DNA of 64,000 nt from a virus (taxonomy: Duplodnaviria > Caudoviricetes), in the IMG/VR virus record IMGVR_UViG_3300028833_000101, positions 1 through 64,000 of that record; one strand, 5' to 3'. Shown here piece after piece: positions 43,226-56,032 of this stretch. Made by a program: the position numbers and the translations under genes. The notes beneath the pieces were generated by a model, which did no database searches, was not told the DNA's origin, and was given only the letters and a program-made list of their open reading frames with translations. Within the stretch, counting starts at the first letter, position 1. Every line of letters starts with the position of its first letter.

Positions 43226-46200
43226 ATGATTACAAAAGGTATAATTAAATCTATTGACTTTACAACAAATACCTGTGTTGTTCGTATGCCTTTATTTGAA
43301 AATGCTGGCAATACTACAGAAATGGTTGCCGAAGCTACTTTTGCTATTCAACCAGGAATTTATAATGGATATAGAGAAGGCGATGTTGTTGAACTTGCCT
43401 TTGACAATAATGAACTTGATTCACCAGTTGTTATTGGAAAGTTATTTTTAGGAACAGCTGAAGAAAATAAAGACCAAAGAGGCACTATTAATTGCCAAGA
43501 TTTAACTGTAACTAAAACAGCAACATTACCATTAGATACAAAATTATCATATGGCAGTGAAGATAAATCTATTGCACAAGTTCAAGGTGGTTATAGTTCT
43601 TTTAAAACTCTTGGAAACGTTATCGAAGCAATTCAAGAAACTAATAAACAAATTACTGCACAAGAAATTAAAAATGGTGATTTCATATTAAAAGAGCAAG
43701 ATGCAAGAATGACTGGTCTTGGTTGGCAGGTTGATGAAAACGCCTGAAGAATTCAAGCATATGATAGCACACATACTTTATACCCTATTTTAGACTTATT
43801 TAGAGTAGATAGAAGTGGTGTCACAATTGCAGGAGAATTAAAGCTAGTAGGCTACCCAAAAGAGACAGTTGTAAGATATGCTAGAGTTTTAGCAGATAAT
43901 TATGAACCAGATAGTGAAGGTCACTATAATCCTACATGAGTTAAAGAAAATAATGGTGAATTAATTGCACTTCCACCAGCCTATGGAACAAAAGAAGAAA
44001 TAGATGCTAACTGAACATATTCAGAAAAACCTGCACATAATGATGATTACTATATATTTCAACTTACTTATAATGTTACTTATGTTTATAATAAAGATAA
44101 CGATCAACTAGATGAAACATATATGAGTCAAATCTGAGAGCTTGTTGATTGGCCAGAAGAAGAAACAACAGGAAATGCTCAGCCTGGAACAATAACTAGA
44201 AACCCAAACCATCGTCCTGGTGGTACCTCTGCGGCAAGCAGAGCCTTAGCAATAGCTCGTGGAAAATCAACTTGTTTTTATTCAGATAAAGAACCATATA
44301 AAAACGATATATTACCCGATGAAGATCTATATGTATATCAGCCAGAATTAAGTATTGGTGACACATGATTTAATACTAGTTATAAAGCTGACTCTATACC
44401 AACAAAATTAACTGATTATATTGGAAAATGAATTATGACAGCACCGGCTCCATTTGGCGGTTTTCCAACTTATGCTCAAGTAACACCAGATAATATCAGT
44501 ACACTCTCAATTAACCCCGGAGTTACTCAAGCATACACACATGGCGAATTATATCAATGCAAAGCCATTAATAATGATGGAAAAGCCACTTGGGAGCCAA
44601 TTGGCAGCGAGTTAGTTGCAAATAAAATTACTACTAATTATATTAATGCTTTAGATATTGTTGCTAAAAAAATTGAAATTTTTGATGCAAATAATAATAC
44701 ACTCTTTAAAGCAGATGGTTTAGCTGATGTCCACGAAGTTAAGATTGCTAATTTTACTGTTGCAAATAATAAAATCTACAGCGATAACAAATCATCATTA
44801 GATTCTAATGTTGATGGTGTTTATATTGGCAATGATGGCATTGCACTTGGTAAGGGAAACTTTGTCGTCACAAAAAATGGCCAAGTAACAATTAAAGGCT
44901 ATGTTAAATCTGTGCTAAAAAAATACAGAAAAATTGAGTATGATAACGAAGCTGAAGCAAGCGCACATTATGCTGATTGGAATAACTGGGAATCAGCTGC
45001 TTGAGGCAGTTCTGTCCCACCTAGAGAAGATGAAAAATATATCTGGGAATGAACACAAGAAGAGCAGGGCGATGGAACGCTTGTCGATAAGGGCAAAGTA
45101 TGTGTTACTGGAACAGCTGGTGATTCCGCACACACTCTTAAAATTAGTAATCCATTCGTTGGTGCCCCTTATAGTAGTGATGGAACAACATCTGAATGAA
45201 ATACTACAACTTTTAGATCGAAGACACTTCACAAATTAACAGCATATTATGGTAATTCTCAAATTACTGATACAATAGCTATTAGAACAACTTCACAAGG
45301 ACCAACAAATACTGGATATTCTATTGTTTATTCTGGCAATAGTGTTACAATAACGAGCGGAAAACCAAGTTATAATTCAACTGATAAACTAGTTGAATCT
45401 TCTATTGACAGTCTTAGCGCGGATAATGGTAGTATAGAATATATTTTATACTATAATGCCGCAGTAGTTGCTTATGCAACTTTTGAAGTAGTTAAAAATA
45501 AAGCTGGTGAAAATGCAGTATCTTATTGAATTGTTGCATCTCCAGATACTGTGACAGCAACTGTGAATGAAAGTGGAACAATTACAGCTAAGTCACCTAC
45601 ATCTGTTTCTGTTGAATTCGATAAACAAATTGGAACTGATGCTGCGGCAAAAATAGTAGCTGCAGACAACCTTTATTATACAACAAAATATGATAATGGT
45701 AATGAAAGTTCAAAAACTAAAATTTCTACAAATCCAATCAGTATTAACACAAGTAGTTTTGATAGTAGAGCAATTATTACTATCTATAGCAATAATACAA
45801 CTAGTGCAGTAAAATGTGCATCTAATACTATTCAAGTAATTAAAGATGGTAAACCAGGTGGTAAAGGCGCTGATGGTAATAGCGTTATAGAAAATAAAAC
45901 ATATTATTCTTTAAGTAATACATCATCTTCTACTGGACCAGCTACTGGAGACTCTAATATTGTTGCAACTCCAACAGTAGACAAATGAAGCACTGCCCCT
46001 CAAGCATTTAATAAAGATGTTCATACTGGTTACCAATATTGGACAGTTGAACGCATTGTTTATTCTGATGCCCCTACAGTTGGTGTTTGGGGTACACCAG
46101 TGCTAGCTTCTATGCTAAGTGTTGATTTTATTAATTCGCTTGCAATTCAAGCTAAAAAATTACTTGTTACAGATAGTAGCTCAAATACCCTATTAGATGC

Positions 46201-47791
46201 TGGCTGAACTAATGATCATGAAGTTACAATTGGCGGCTTTAAAGTAGCTAAAACTACCTTATCTGCTGGCACACAGGGCTCAAATAGTAGTATTTATATG
46301 TCTACTGAAATGCCAGCAAGTAGTGATACTCCAACAACTTTATTTAGTATTGGCTCAGCTTTTAAAATTGACAGCTCAGGTAGTGCAAAACTTAATGGTA
46401 CACTGGATGCCTATGCAGGAAATATTGGGGAGTTTAGTATACATGGTGGCACCCTTGCCAATAGTAATGTTAAGTTAGGATGAAGCGGCATTCAAATGAC
46501 CAATGGCGGCAAACTATCTATTTCAAATAGTAATGATAGTAACACATTTACTATGGGTCTTACAAGAAAGGAGCAACCAGCGCTTTTATCTGAAGGTGAT
46601 TTTTATCTAACTTCTAATAAGTATGATACTGGTTTTATGATATCCCCCACTGGAAGTGCTGGAAGTTCAACTATTGAATGCACAGTTAAAGTTACTGGTA
46701 CTGCTTGGGGAGGCGGGTCATCAAATAAGGTTAAAATTACTGCTAATAAACCGTTTTTAAAAACAAAAACATTTACTATTAGCTATACTGGTTATGATTT
46801 TGGAACAGTAACACGTACTACATATCTAACGATATATGCTAATGCAACTGAAGGTGAAGTTAGTTTTGGTGGTTTATGGTACCTAACTTCTGCTACAGTA
46901 AGTGGGTATACTAGCGCAATTAATCGTGATGGTACTGCTACTTTTAACTTAACTCAATCATTTGAAACTGGCGCAACATGTTATGCATTGGGCAGCATAA
47001 TTCCAAAGCCATACCCAAGACGTACTTTACATGTTTTTAAATCTGGAGAAGGTGAGATTCATATAACACCACCTGATTATGCAAGCCCAACATATGGCAC
47101 AGACTGTCATATGAGAGTTGGAAGATATGGTGAGGAGTTTGACGGATATTCTTGAGGCGATAGTAGCACTTGGGGCACCAACTCTATGTATATTACTAAA
47201 CTAGATTGGTTTGGTGATACATCTTGAGTAGGTGCAACTGTTTGGTTAGCCGATAAAGGCTCCGGTTGGGGAAGTGAATGAGGAAATGTTTCAGCTGTCA
47301 CAGAAGCTAATACTGTAACATATCTTGGTACATCTAGTAATAGATGAACATATATTTATGGAACAAATATAAACTGAACTAATGCTTATGGCACAAATGC
47401 TGCAACTATATCTGATCGTCGTGTAAAAACAAACATAGATTATGATATATCTAAGTATGATATACTTTTTGATAACTTAAAGCCAGTTAAATATAAATAC
47501 AAAGATGGCGATTCAAATAGAACTCATCTTGGTCTTATTGCTCAAGATGTTGAACAAAGTATGCTAGAAAATGGTATATCTAGAAAAGACTTTGCAGGAT
47601 TAATTATTAGAGATGATACTGGACTAGGATTTGATAGTAAAACTGATACTATTAAAGATGAAGATAAAATAGAATATGGTATACGCTATGGTGAGTTGCA
47701 TGCATTAGAAATTAGACAAATTCAAATGCTAAAACAAGAAATAGCTGAATTAAAAGCAGCATTAGCTGAATTACAAAATAAAAATGTATAA
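43226..47791 (+). CDS. Central spike (gp5/gpV OB-fold) fused to a long fibre ending in a peptidase S74 intramolecular chaperone, 1521 aa
   Basis: N-terminal GIIKSID...CVVRMP...GDVVELAF...PVVIG; C-terminal SDRRVKTNI...LKPVKYKY...HLGLIAQDVE plus coiled coil. One frame with only TGA interruptions. Confidence 0.8.
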
Positions 47792-47797
47792 TATAAT

Positions 47798-48682
47798 ATG
47801 AGATTAATCCATGCATTTACAATACAAAGAACCTATAAAGCTGATGGCGTTTCTGGTATTTTAGATTGACTATTAACACCTTATTATATAAAAAAAGCAT
47901 ATCCAAACAGCACTTTAGTGTTATATACAAATATGCAAAGTGCACAAATACTGGGAGAGCTGTGATCACATATTAAAAGTGCCTATGATGAAGTTTATGT
48001 TGATTTGCAGAAAAATAATAAAGAAATTTTTAGTTATCCAAAATTTGAAGCCATGTCAAAAGAGCTTTGGTCTCATGGTACCGATTTTATAATGTTAGAC
48101 AATGATTTATATATATTTCCAGGTTTTTTAGAAACAATTAAATCTAATTATTGTATCTATTATGCAGAACCGTCACATTATATTGCTTGGTATCATTCAA
48201 TTATTAATAATGAATACGCTTGCCTTCATGCCCCAGATTGATTTACATGAGATATTACCCCATATAACTGTGCAACAATTAGAATTAATGATAAAGCTTT
48301 ATTATTAGAATACTTAAAAGTTTATAATACTGTACAAGCAGAAAATTTAAGTGAATCTAAAGGACATAAAGCAATGATTAAAGAGCAATGGAGTCTTGGT
48401 GAACTACTAAATAAACATCAAATAACACCACAAAGTTTGTTTAATAAAAAATATTCTTTTCATAAAGGTTGTATAAAACCACTAAAAAAGCCAGTAGAGT
48501 TAATACAATTACAAGAATTATTGTTAGCAAAACTTCGTCCAAATACATTTAAAGTTTTTATTAAACTGTTTAATCATGATGACTATTTTAAGTCAGATCT
48601 TAGTGTAGATAATTGCTTTAAAAATATTGATCAAGAATATAAAGATGGATTGCTTGCCCCAATATTAGAGCAATCAAAATAA
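47798..48682 (+). CDS. DxD nucleotide-sugar transferase-like protein (DUF6734-like), 294 aa
   Basis: MRLIHAF...LVLYTN...YDEV...YPKFEA...FIMLDNDL...YNCA...EQW; joined through TGAs. Confidence 0.55.
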
Positions 48683-48687
48683 AAATT

Positions 48688-48714
48688 AAAAGAAGACAGT
48701 GGTCTTCTTTTTTA
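48688..48714 (+). terminator. Intrinsic terminator
   Basis: aaagaagac-agtg-gtcttcttt plus T tract. Confidence 0.85.
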
Positions 48715-48735
48715 TTTAATAAATTTATTAAATTA

Positions 48736-48752
48736 ATTGCTAAATTATATGA
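48736..48752 (+). promoter_or_regulatory. Putative late promoter (ATTGCTAAATTATATGA)
   Basis: Motif copy after a terminator, before the gp25-like gene. Confidence 0.7.
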
Positions 48753-48766
48753 TTGCGAGGCAAAAT

Positions 48767-49150
48767 ATGAGGTCTATTAAATTTCCAAAAATGTTTAATA
48801 CTAATAGCACAAATGTCTGAAAGTCTTCAGAGTATTTGGATGCTACCAAACAAAATACAATTCTTCTCTTACATACTGAAAGAGGTGAACTTTTTGGTGA
48901 TCCATATTTTGGCTTATTATTAAAACATTATTTATTTGATCAAAATAATTACATTTTACGTGATGCTATTATAGATATTATTTATACACAATTAGCAATC
49001 TTTATTCCTCAAGTTAAAGTTCGTAGAGAAGATATTTCTATTGTTCAAGATAAGCAAAAGGGAAAACTATACTGTGAATTTTCTGGAATAAATCAAATCG
49101 ATTATACACATAATACTTTTAATTTAGTATTATTAAATGAAAACGAGTAA
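48767..49150 (+). CDS. Baseplate wedge gp25-like protein, 127 aa
   Basis: ILLLHTERGELFGDPYFG..LKHYLFD; ATG 48767 with one TGA. Confidence 0.85.
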
Positions 49151-49165
49151 GGAGTATTATAAGCA

Positions 49166-52100
49166 ATGATTACACAACAAGAATTAACCGCTGTAGAATT
49201 ATCTCCAACTAAAAAAGATTTTTATCAAATCTGAAATGAGTTATTAGAAACAGCTGCAAAACTTAGCGAACGCTGAGATCCAGCCAGCACAAATGAATCT
49301 GATCCTGGTATAGTATTACTTAAAGTCTTAACTGCCGTTGCAGATAAGCTTAATTTTACTATTGATGCAAATACATTAGAAGCATTTATGCCAAGTGCTG
49401 CTCAAGAAGAGTCTATGCGTAAGCTTACAGAAATGCTTGGTTATGATATGAAATACTATCAATCAGCAACTGTTGATGTTAAAATTTCTTATAATGGCAC
49501 AAATAAAGATGCTATTCCTAATATGCTTTTAATTGATAAGTTTACTAATATTAAAGATATTGATGATAGCATTAATTATGTAACATTATCTGATGTATAT
49601 TTAAGCACACATGGTTCATCTAAGGTTGTTAGCTGTATAGAAGGTGAACTAGTTGAGTGCGAAACAGATGATAATAATATTATCTCTATGATGCAATTAG
49701 ATGACAACCACCGTTATTATCTTCCAGAAACACAAATTGCAGAGAATGGTATTTTTATTATTAATGTTACTGATGGCGTTGAAAGCGACCCATGGAAAAA
49801 AGTAACAAATTTAAATGTACAAAATATTGGGTCAAAAGTATATAAATTTGGCTATGATTCAAAAGAAGGCTTGCCATATATTCAATTTCCAGAAGATATT
49901 AGCACAATTATTGAAGATGGCTTAAAAATTAAATATCTCAGAACAAAGGGTATTAATGGTAATGTATCAGTCAATACCCTCTGTAAGATGGAACAACCAG
50001 CCAGCTGGTCTGCTGCTAAATCTGCTGAAGGCTCAGCTGAGAATGATAAAGACTATTATAATGTTGATAATTATACAGTTACCAACATCTCAGCAAGTTC
50101 TAATGGAACTGACATTGAATCTATTAATGATGCCTACAATAGTTATAAAAAAACGATCGGTACATTTGACACATTAATTACTTGCAGAGATTATATGAAC
50201 AAAATCTATCAGATGACTACTGATGATGTTTCTACTACCCCACTTGTTAGTAATGTTATTGTTTCAGACATTAGAGATGACATTAATAAAGCAATGACTC
50301 TTTGCACTTTTACTGAACGCGGCATTGAGTATAAAGCAATGGCTAAGCCAATTGACACACATGATGCAATAACTATTACTGAAAGCCGCTATAGCGAATT
50401 ACAACCAACTGAAGAGCTATTAGGCAATCTTTATAAGGTTGTTGATAATACAGATCTAACAAGAATTAGGTTCTATGCTCGTTGTATTTTTAACGGTAAC
50501 TTATTCATGCTGGTTAAAGTTAATGACACTGAGCTAACTCACTTTGATTTAGTTTTATATCCATTTAGAAATACTTATGGTTTAAATAGTCGTGTTGAAT
50601 ACGTTAAATCTTTTAAATACGATGATTCAAATTTATTAGAGATTAAGGATAACCTTGAAACTAATAAAACACTTTCACATAATTTTATTGATCCAAATCT
50701 TGATGATATTGCTTGTATTAAAAACTATTTAAAACTTAAAGCAAAAATTACTACTGTTAGAAAAGTTGGGGCTTTGGAACAAGCTGAAATTTTAGGTAAG
50801 GTTTACACTGAAGTTTATAAAAATTTTAATCTTAGAAAGCTAGACTTTGGAGAAGAAATCCCTTATGAAAGTATTTTAGATGTTATTACAAATGCAGACC
50901 CAAGAATTAAAAATGTCAGCTTAGAAGAACCAGAATTAGCTACTAAGTTCTGCACTGTTGGTGGTGGTGAATATGAAACATCAACTAATAGCAATAAGTC
51001 TGACCCAGCATCAATTGCTTTTGCAACTGCTGGTGATAAATACTTTAATAAATTAGTATTAAATAATGTTCTTGCTGGACGTGTGCCACTATTTAACTAT
51101 GATGAAAATTTTAAACCAGATTATAATGAAGTACAATATCCAGGTTGGCAAGAAGGCAGTGGTTCATCAGCAACTACAAAAACATACTCATTAATTTATC
51201 CAGCTGCTGAAGATAGCGGAAGAAGCGCTGCAGAACAAAGACCAATTTATAGTCTATCATCTGAATTTTTAATTAAAGCTGGTGCCAAAAATATTAAATT
51301 AAATGATAATGAAGTTGTTCAATTTAGATTACCAAATCTTAAAACAGTCAAAACATATCCAGCATATGTTAATTATTACATCAGTCTAAATGATAATGCC
51401 AAGAGCATTCCAGCAATTCCTGCTACTTTCCAAACATTATTACGTTTTATGGAAGATGGCTATCCAGATGATGACCACAAAAAAACAAGTTGGGAAAGAT
51501 ATATTAATTCTGGCTTGGGCTCTGTTATGACTGAATTTGCACCAGGTGAAATTACCTCTGACAACTTTGGTGATAAAAAGAGCAAATATCATGCTATCTT
51601 TACTTATAGTAATAATAGATATACTTATTTAAAAGAATTTACAACTGCTACTAAATATTATTATGCGAAACTTGATGCTACTACTGTGTTTACTTGGGAC
51701 AGCTGGATTAGAAGTTTAATAAATACTGAAACAGCAACTAATTTAGTTACTTCTGATGCTCTCGATACAAATGAATCTGGGGTAGCTACTCCACGTACTC
51801 CTTTAAATGGTATTTCAAGAAATGGCTTATATGTTAAAATTTCTACATCAAAGTCAAATAAATTTGGTGCATTAGTTGACAATCAACATACTAAATATAA
51901 GCTTTTTGATAGACCTCTTTCTGCTGCAAGTGATGTTGATTTATTTACCACTGGATATTATGTACAAAGACTTTGATCTGTAAGAAAATATGATTCAGCT
52001 GAAACTGAATTACCACCAGAAACTACTAACCATACAACTGACGGCTTGGGCCAAAATAGCGAATATGTTGGTATTACAGCAAATGAAGAATATACTCTTA

Positions 52101-54559
52101 AAGCTGGTGAGTATTTGTTAATCAACTATACACAATCATCAAATGAAGATGGCACCGAACAAAAAACAAAAATTAATAAATTCTATGGCCCAACAACTAT
52201 CATTAAACCAAATTTTGAGCTAATTGATAGTAAAAAATATAGTAAATCCCATAATTATACGAAAAAAGATGGCTACAGCTTCTTAGAGTACGACAAATCT
52301 CCAGATGGTTTATTTACATTAGGTGCAAATGAGCAAATTGAAATTAGAGATTTTGTGCAAGTAAACTTAGATGAAATAAGCACAAATATTTATTGGGAAA
52401 GAAATGATGAAATCCCAGACTATCGTAATAGAATTATCTTTGAATTTACTGAAGAGCCAGTTTATTTTACAGATAATACATATAAAACAAAATCTGATAC
52501 TCCTACAGAGTATGTTATATATACTGCCTATACATTAAAAGATGGTGAATATTTCTATTACACCGACCAAAATAAAAATGATATTGCATATTATGGCTCT
52601 GGAACCAAAATTAAGAAAACAGTATATACTCCAACTATTTATAAATTTGCTAGCGATAATGATATTAGCACCGATGAGATTGCTTCAAATGGCTTAAATG
52701 CAGCAATTCCTTGGAGAGCATTTGACTTCAGCAAATCTGGCACTCAAGATAAAAAATTAGTCATAACAGAATATCAATATATTAATTTAACAAAAGGAAA
52801 TATCTTAAATTCTATTACTGCATTAAATTCAACTTCTAATGAAGAAGAACAAATTGAACGTGCTCTTGATAATGAATTTAGAGATATTAAATCAGCCACT
52901 TATACTATTTTAACTGATCCAGAAGATGAAGACTCTGGCAAATCATCCTCTTTACCTGTTGTAAACTTTGATACTAATACTCACTGGCAAGTAAGAACAA
53001 AACTTGAATTCAATGCAAGCCAAACAACAGTTCAAACATTACACAGCACAGAAGATACTCAAGATAGTATTACACTTTGACACAAAAATGATACAGATCC
53101 TATCGTATTAACACCACATAATAATGTGCCTCTTTCAATTAAATTAAATAAGCTTATTCAGAGCTCTCGTGATAAAGTTGATGTTACAACCAAAAAGTTT
53201 GCAGAAGATGGACATTTAGAAGAAGAAATTCCAGATTTACAATTAAAAGTCTTGCAAATCGCAGATATTCGTGATGATAATGGAAATGCTGTAAGCTTAA
53301 ATAACTTTGGTGACTCCTTTACTAAATTATCATTCAATGATGTAATTAATAATGGCGATGCAGCTATGACTACTTTAAATGCGGTCATACCAAGCGACTG
53401 CTATGGTTTAGTAATGTTCTATAATGTTAAAGTAAATGCAAGTACTGATGCTGCAGCTATTAGATTCATTAAGAGCAACCCAGCTGATGCTACAATTCCT
53501 CAAGTTAAAATCTTTAATCACTGGAATCCTAATAACACAGTACCAAGCGGTGTTCCAGTCTCTGCAGACGCTGCAAAAGGCTGGTGGGGAACTGCTGATA
53601 CTGGAAAAATAAATCCAGATAACTATGGAAAAATTTATACTAAAAAGACATGAGCAGTTCGTGCACAACCATTTGCTCCAGTAACTGAAGACGAATATAA
53701 TAGAATGAAAAATGAAGGCAACTTATATCGTGAAACTGAAATTTCTGTTTCACCAACAGCTAAGCCTTTATATCGCTATGATTCAACAAATAAAAAATAT
53801 TACAAATATACTAAGGTTGAACAAGATACTGTTTGGTCAGAAAGCGCTATTTATGGTCATTTAACCAGTGCTACTGCTGCACCAGCCGTTGAAAGTGATG
53901 AATTTGAAATCTTAGATAAAGTTACCTTTGAAAGTTTGCGTAATACTGATTTATATCGTAGAGTAGAAGCAGATGTATCTGCTGATATTGAAATTCGTGC
54001 AGATGAACGTTATGACTATGATACTCACAGATTATATCAATATTCATCATATGTGAACACGGCTTGGAGTAGCAGCTTTAGTGATTATTCATTTGGTCAA
54101 TTATTAGACCATGGTGGAGATACTGTGCTTTACCAATTAAGAGAAGGTATTAATATTGTTCAATTAGATAGTTCTTGTAAAATTGAAATCTATCCAGACA
54201 ACTTAATTGCTGACACTGTTATTCTAAGCTCATTAGATATTATTAAAAAGGCTAATGCACTAACAGGCGTAAGTGCTATTAATAAAAAATTAGCTTATAA
54301 GAAAATTGATAAAGCAACTGTAGATGAACAAATTCTAAGTGATATTAATTATTTAGACATTTATCAACAATTCTATTATAATAATGTTATTTCTAATTCA
54401 TCTAGTATTGATATGAATATTAAAGATGATGAAGACACCATGGAGTATCCAATTAACTGGTACGACCGCAATAACATTAATAATAAATTTGTAGTCTCAG
54501 AAATTGATGCTGAAGAGATGATTAAAAATGTTGTTATTTCAAAAGCTTCAAGGAGTTAG
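49166..54559 (+). CDS. Giant baseplate wedge protein (T4 gp6 / baseplate J-like), 1797 aa
   Basis: KDFYQIW...ERW(TGA)DPASTNESDPGIVLLKVL..VADKLNF...EAFMPSA...LTEMLGY; YLRTKG..GN; LITCRDY. Four track fragments in one frame. Confidence 0.85.
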
Positions 54560-54565
54560 TTTACA

Positions 54566-55312
54566 ATGATAAAACTACAAGACTATACACCAGACATTTA
54601 TTATAAGGAGTCAAGGGACTTCCAATTTATTGGACGTCTCTTTGACCTTGTTTTAAACTCAGTTAAAACAGAAGCAGATTTGCTTTATAATATTCCTGTT
54701 AGTGATAATTCAAATGATAAGCTTTTAGATTTACTTGCACTTACATTAGGATTTAAAGCAAACCATCATTATAATACAAATCAACTACGTGCAATCTGCA
54801 GAGTTTTTCCTGAAATTTTAAGAAACAAAGGAAGTATTCAAGCAGTAATTGTAGCTTGTAATGCACTATTTAGGGCTGAGGGTTTAGAGCAAGCCTTAGA
54901 TTATGATTTTACTAAAAATCCTAACAATGATAAAACTGAGCTAAATTTATATATCCCACAAGAATTTGGAGATATTACATTAATTAATGATTTACTTACT
55001 TATATATTACCGGCTGGAATGAGCTGTAATTTAGTTAAAGAGTTAAGAATTAATGAGCAATCTATGACTGAAATTGCTGTAGAACATATATTTAAAATTT
55101 ATAAACATACTGATCCTACAAGTTCAGAAGAACAAACAATTTTCTACGACAATAACTTGCTTGCTAAGATACCACGCCTTGTCAATGATCCATCTGATAT
55201 TGATGAATCAACCGGTATTGTTACTTTAAATACAGGTGAAGTTATTAGAAACTTAGTAAAAGATAATGTTGGCTTTATTGCTAATGGCATTATTTATAAA
55301 CCAAAACAATAG
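54566..55312 (+). CDS. Baseplate wedge protein (P2 gpI / gp7-like), 248 aa
   Basis: LLDLLALTLG...ILRNKGS...YILPAG. Confidence 0.75.
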   Translation: MIKLQDYTPDIYYKESRDFQFIGRLFDLVLNSVKTEADLLYNIPVSDNSNDKLLDLLALTLGFKANHHYNTNQLRAICRVFPEILRNKGSIQAVIVACNALFRAEGLEQALDYDFTKNPNNDKTELNLYIPQEFGDITLINDLLTYILPAGMSCNLVKELRINEQSMTEIAVEHIFKIYKHTDPTSSEEQTIFYDNNLLAKIPRLVNDPSDIDESTGIVTLNTGEVIRNLVKDNVGFIANGIIYKPKQ

Positions 55313-55326
55313 GAGAATAGCTAGAT

Positions 55327-56010
55327 ATGGGAAGAAAGAAAAAAAGTACTATTGAGACACCCGTTATACCGCCTCAGCAAGATATAAAAGCTATTGGTAC
55401 TCAACCAATTGGTTATCAAGGAAAAGTCTCTATTAAAATTCAACATGGTAATAAAACTATTTCTACTAGAACTTATCATAACAGCGGAATGCCATTGTTA
55501 TTTAAGTTTTTATGTTCTGCCTTGTCTGGTGATTTTTTAGATGGCATTAGACCATGTAAAATTAAACTCTTCTATTATCCAGAGGCTGAAAAAGGAGTTA
55601 CTCCAGAAGAATTTAATTGGGCCTATGCCTTTGAAGCTGATGCTGAAAATAAACCTAAAGGAATTACTCCATTTATTACTTATGAAACTACGCCAATTGT
55701 AAAGCGCGTTGCAGATGTAGTAACAAAAAATAGTAATAATGGATTAACATATCATTATGAAACAACTTTCCACTTCAGGGTTCCATTTGCATTAATTTCT
55801 GATACTACCGTACATATGATTGGTATTTATCCAAATAATGCTTATTATGGTGCAGAGGAAGATGTTTCCGCCTATTATTTATTTGTTGATGAAGAAACTG
55901 GTAAATTATGGGAACCACTTGAATTAAAAGACGTTGCTGGTAATTTTAGTATTATTGTTGATTGAACAATGGCATTAATGAACAAGCCAGTCACAACTGT
56001 AGATGCTTAA
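55327..56010 (+). CDS. Baseplate/tail-fibre attachment protein, 227 aa
   Basis: Extends through TGA 55963 (SIIVDW) to TAA 56008-56010; position between gpI-like gene and fibre. Confidence 0.55.
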
Positions 56011-56032
56011 TATAATATAAAGGAGTTAATTT

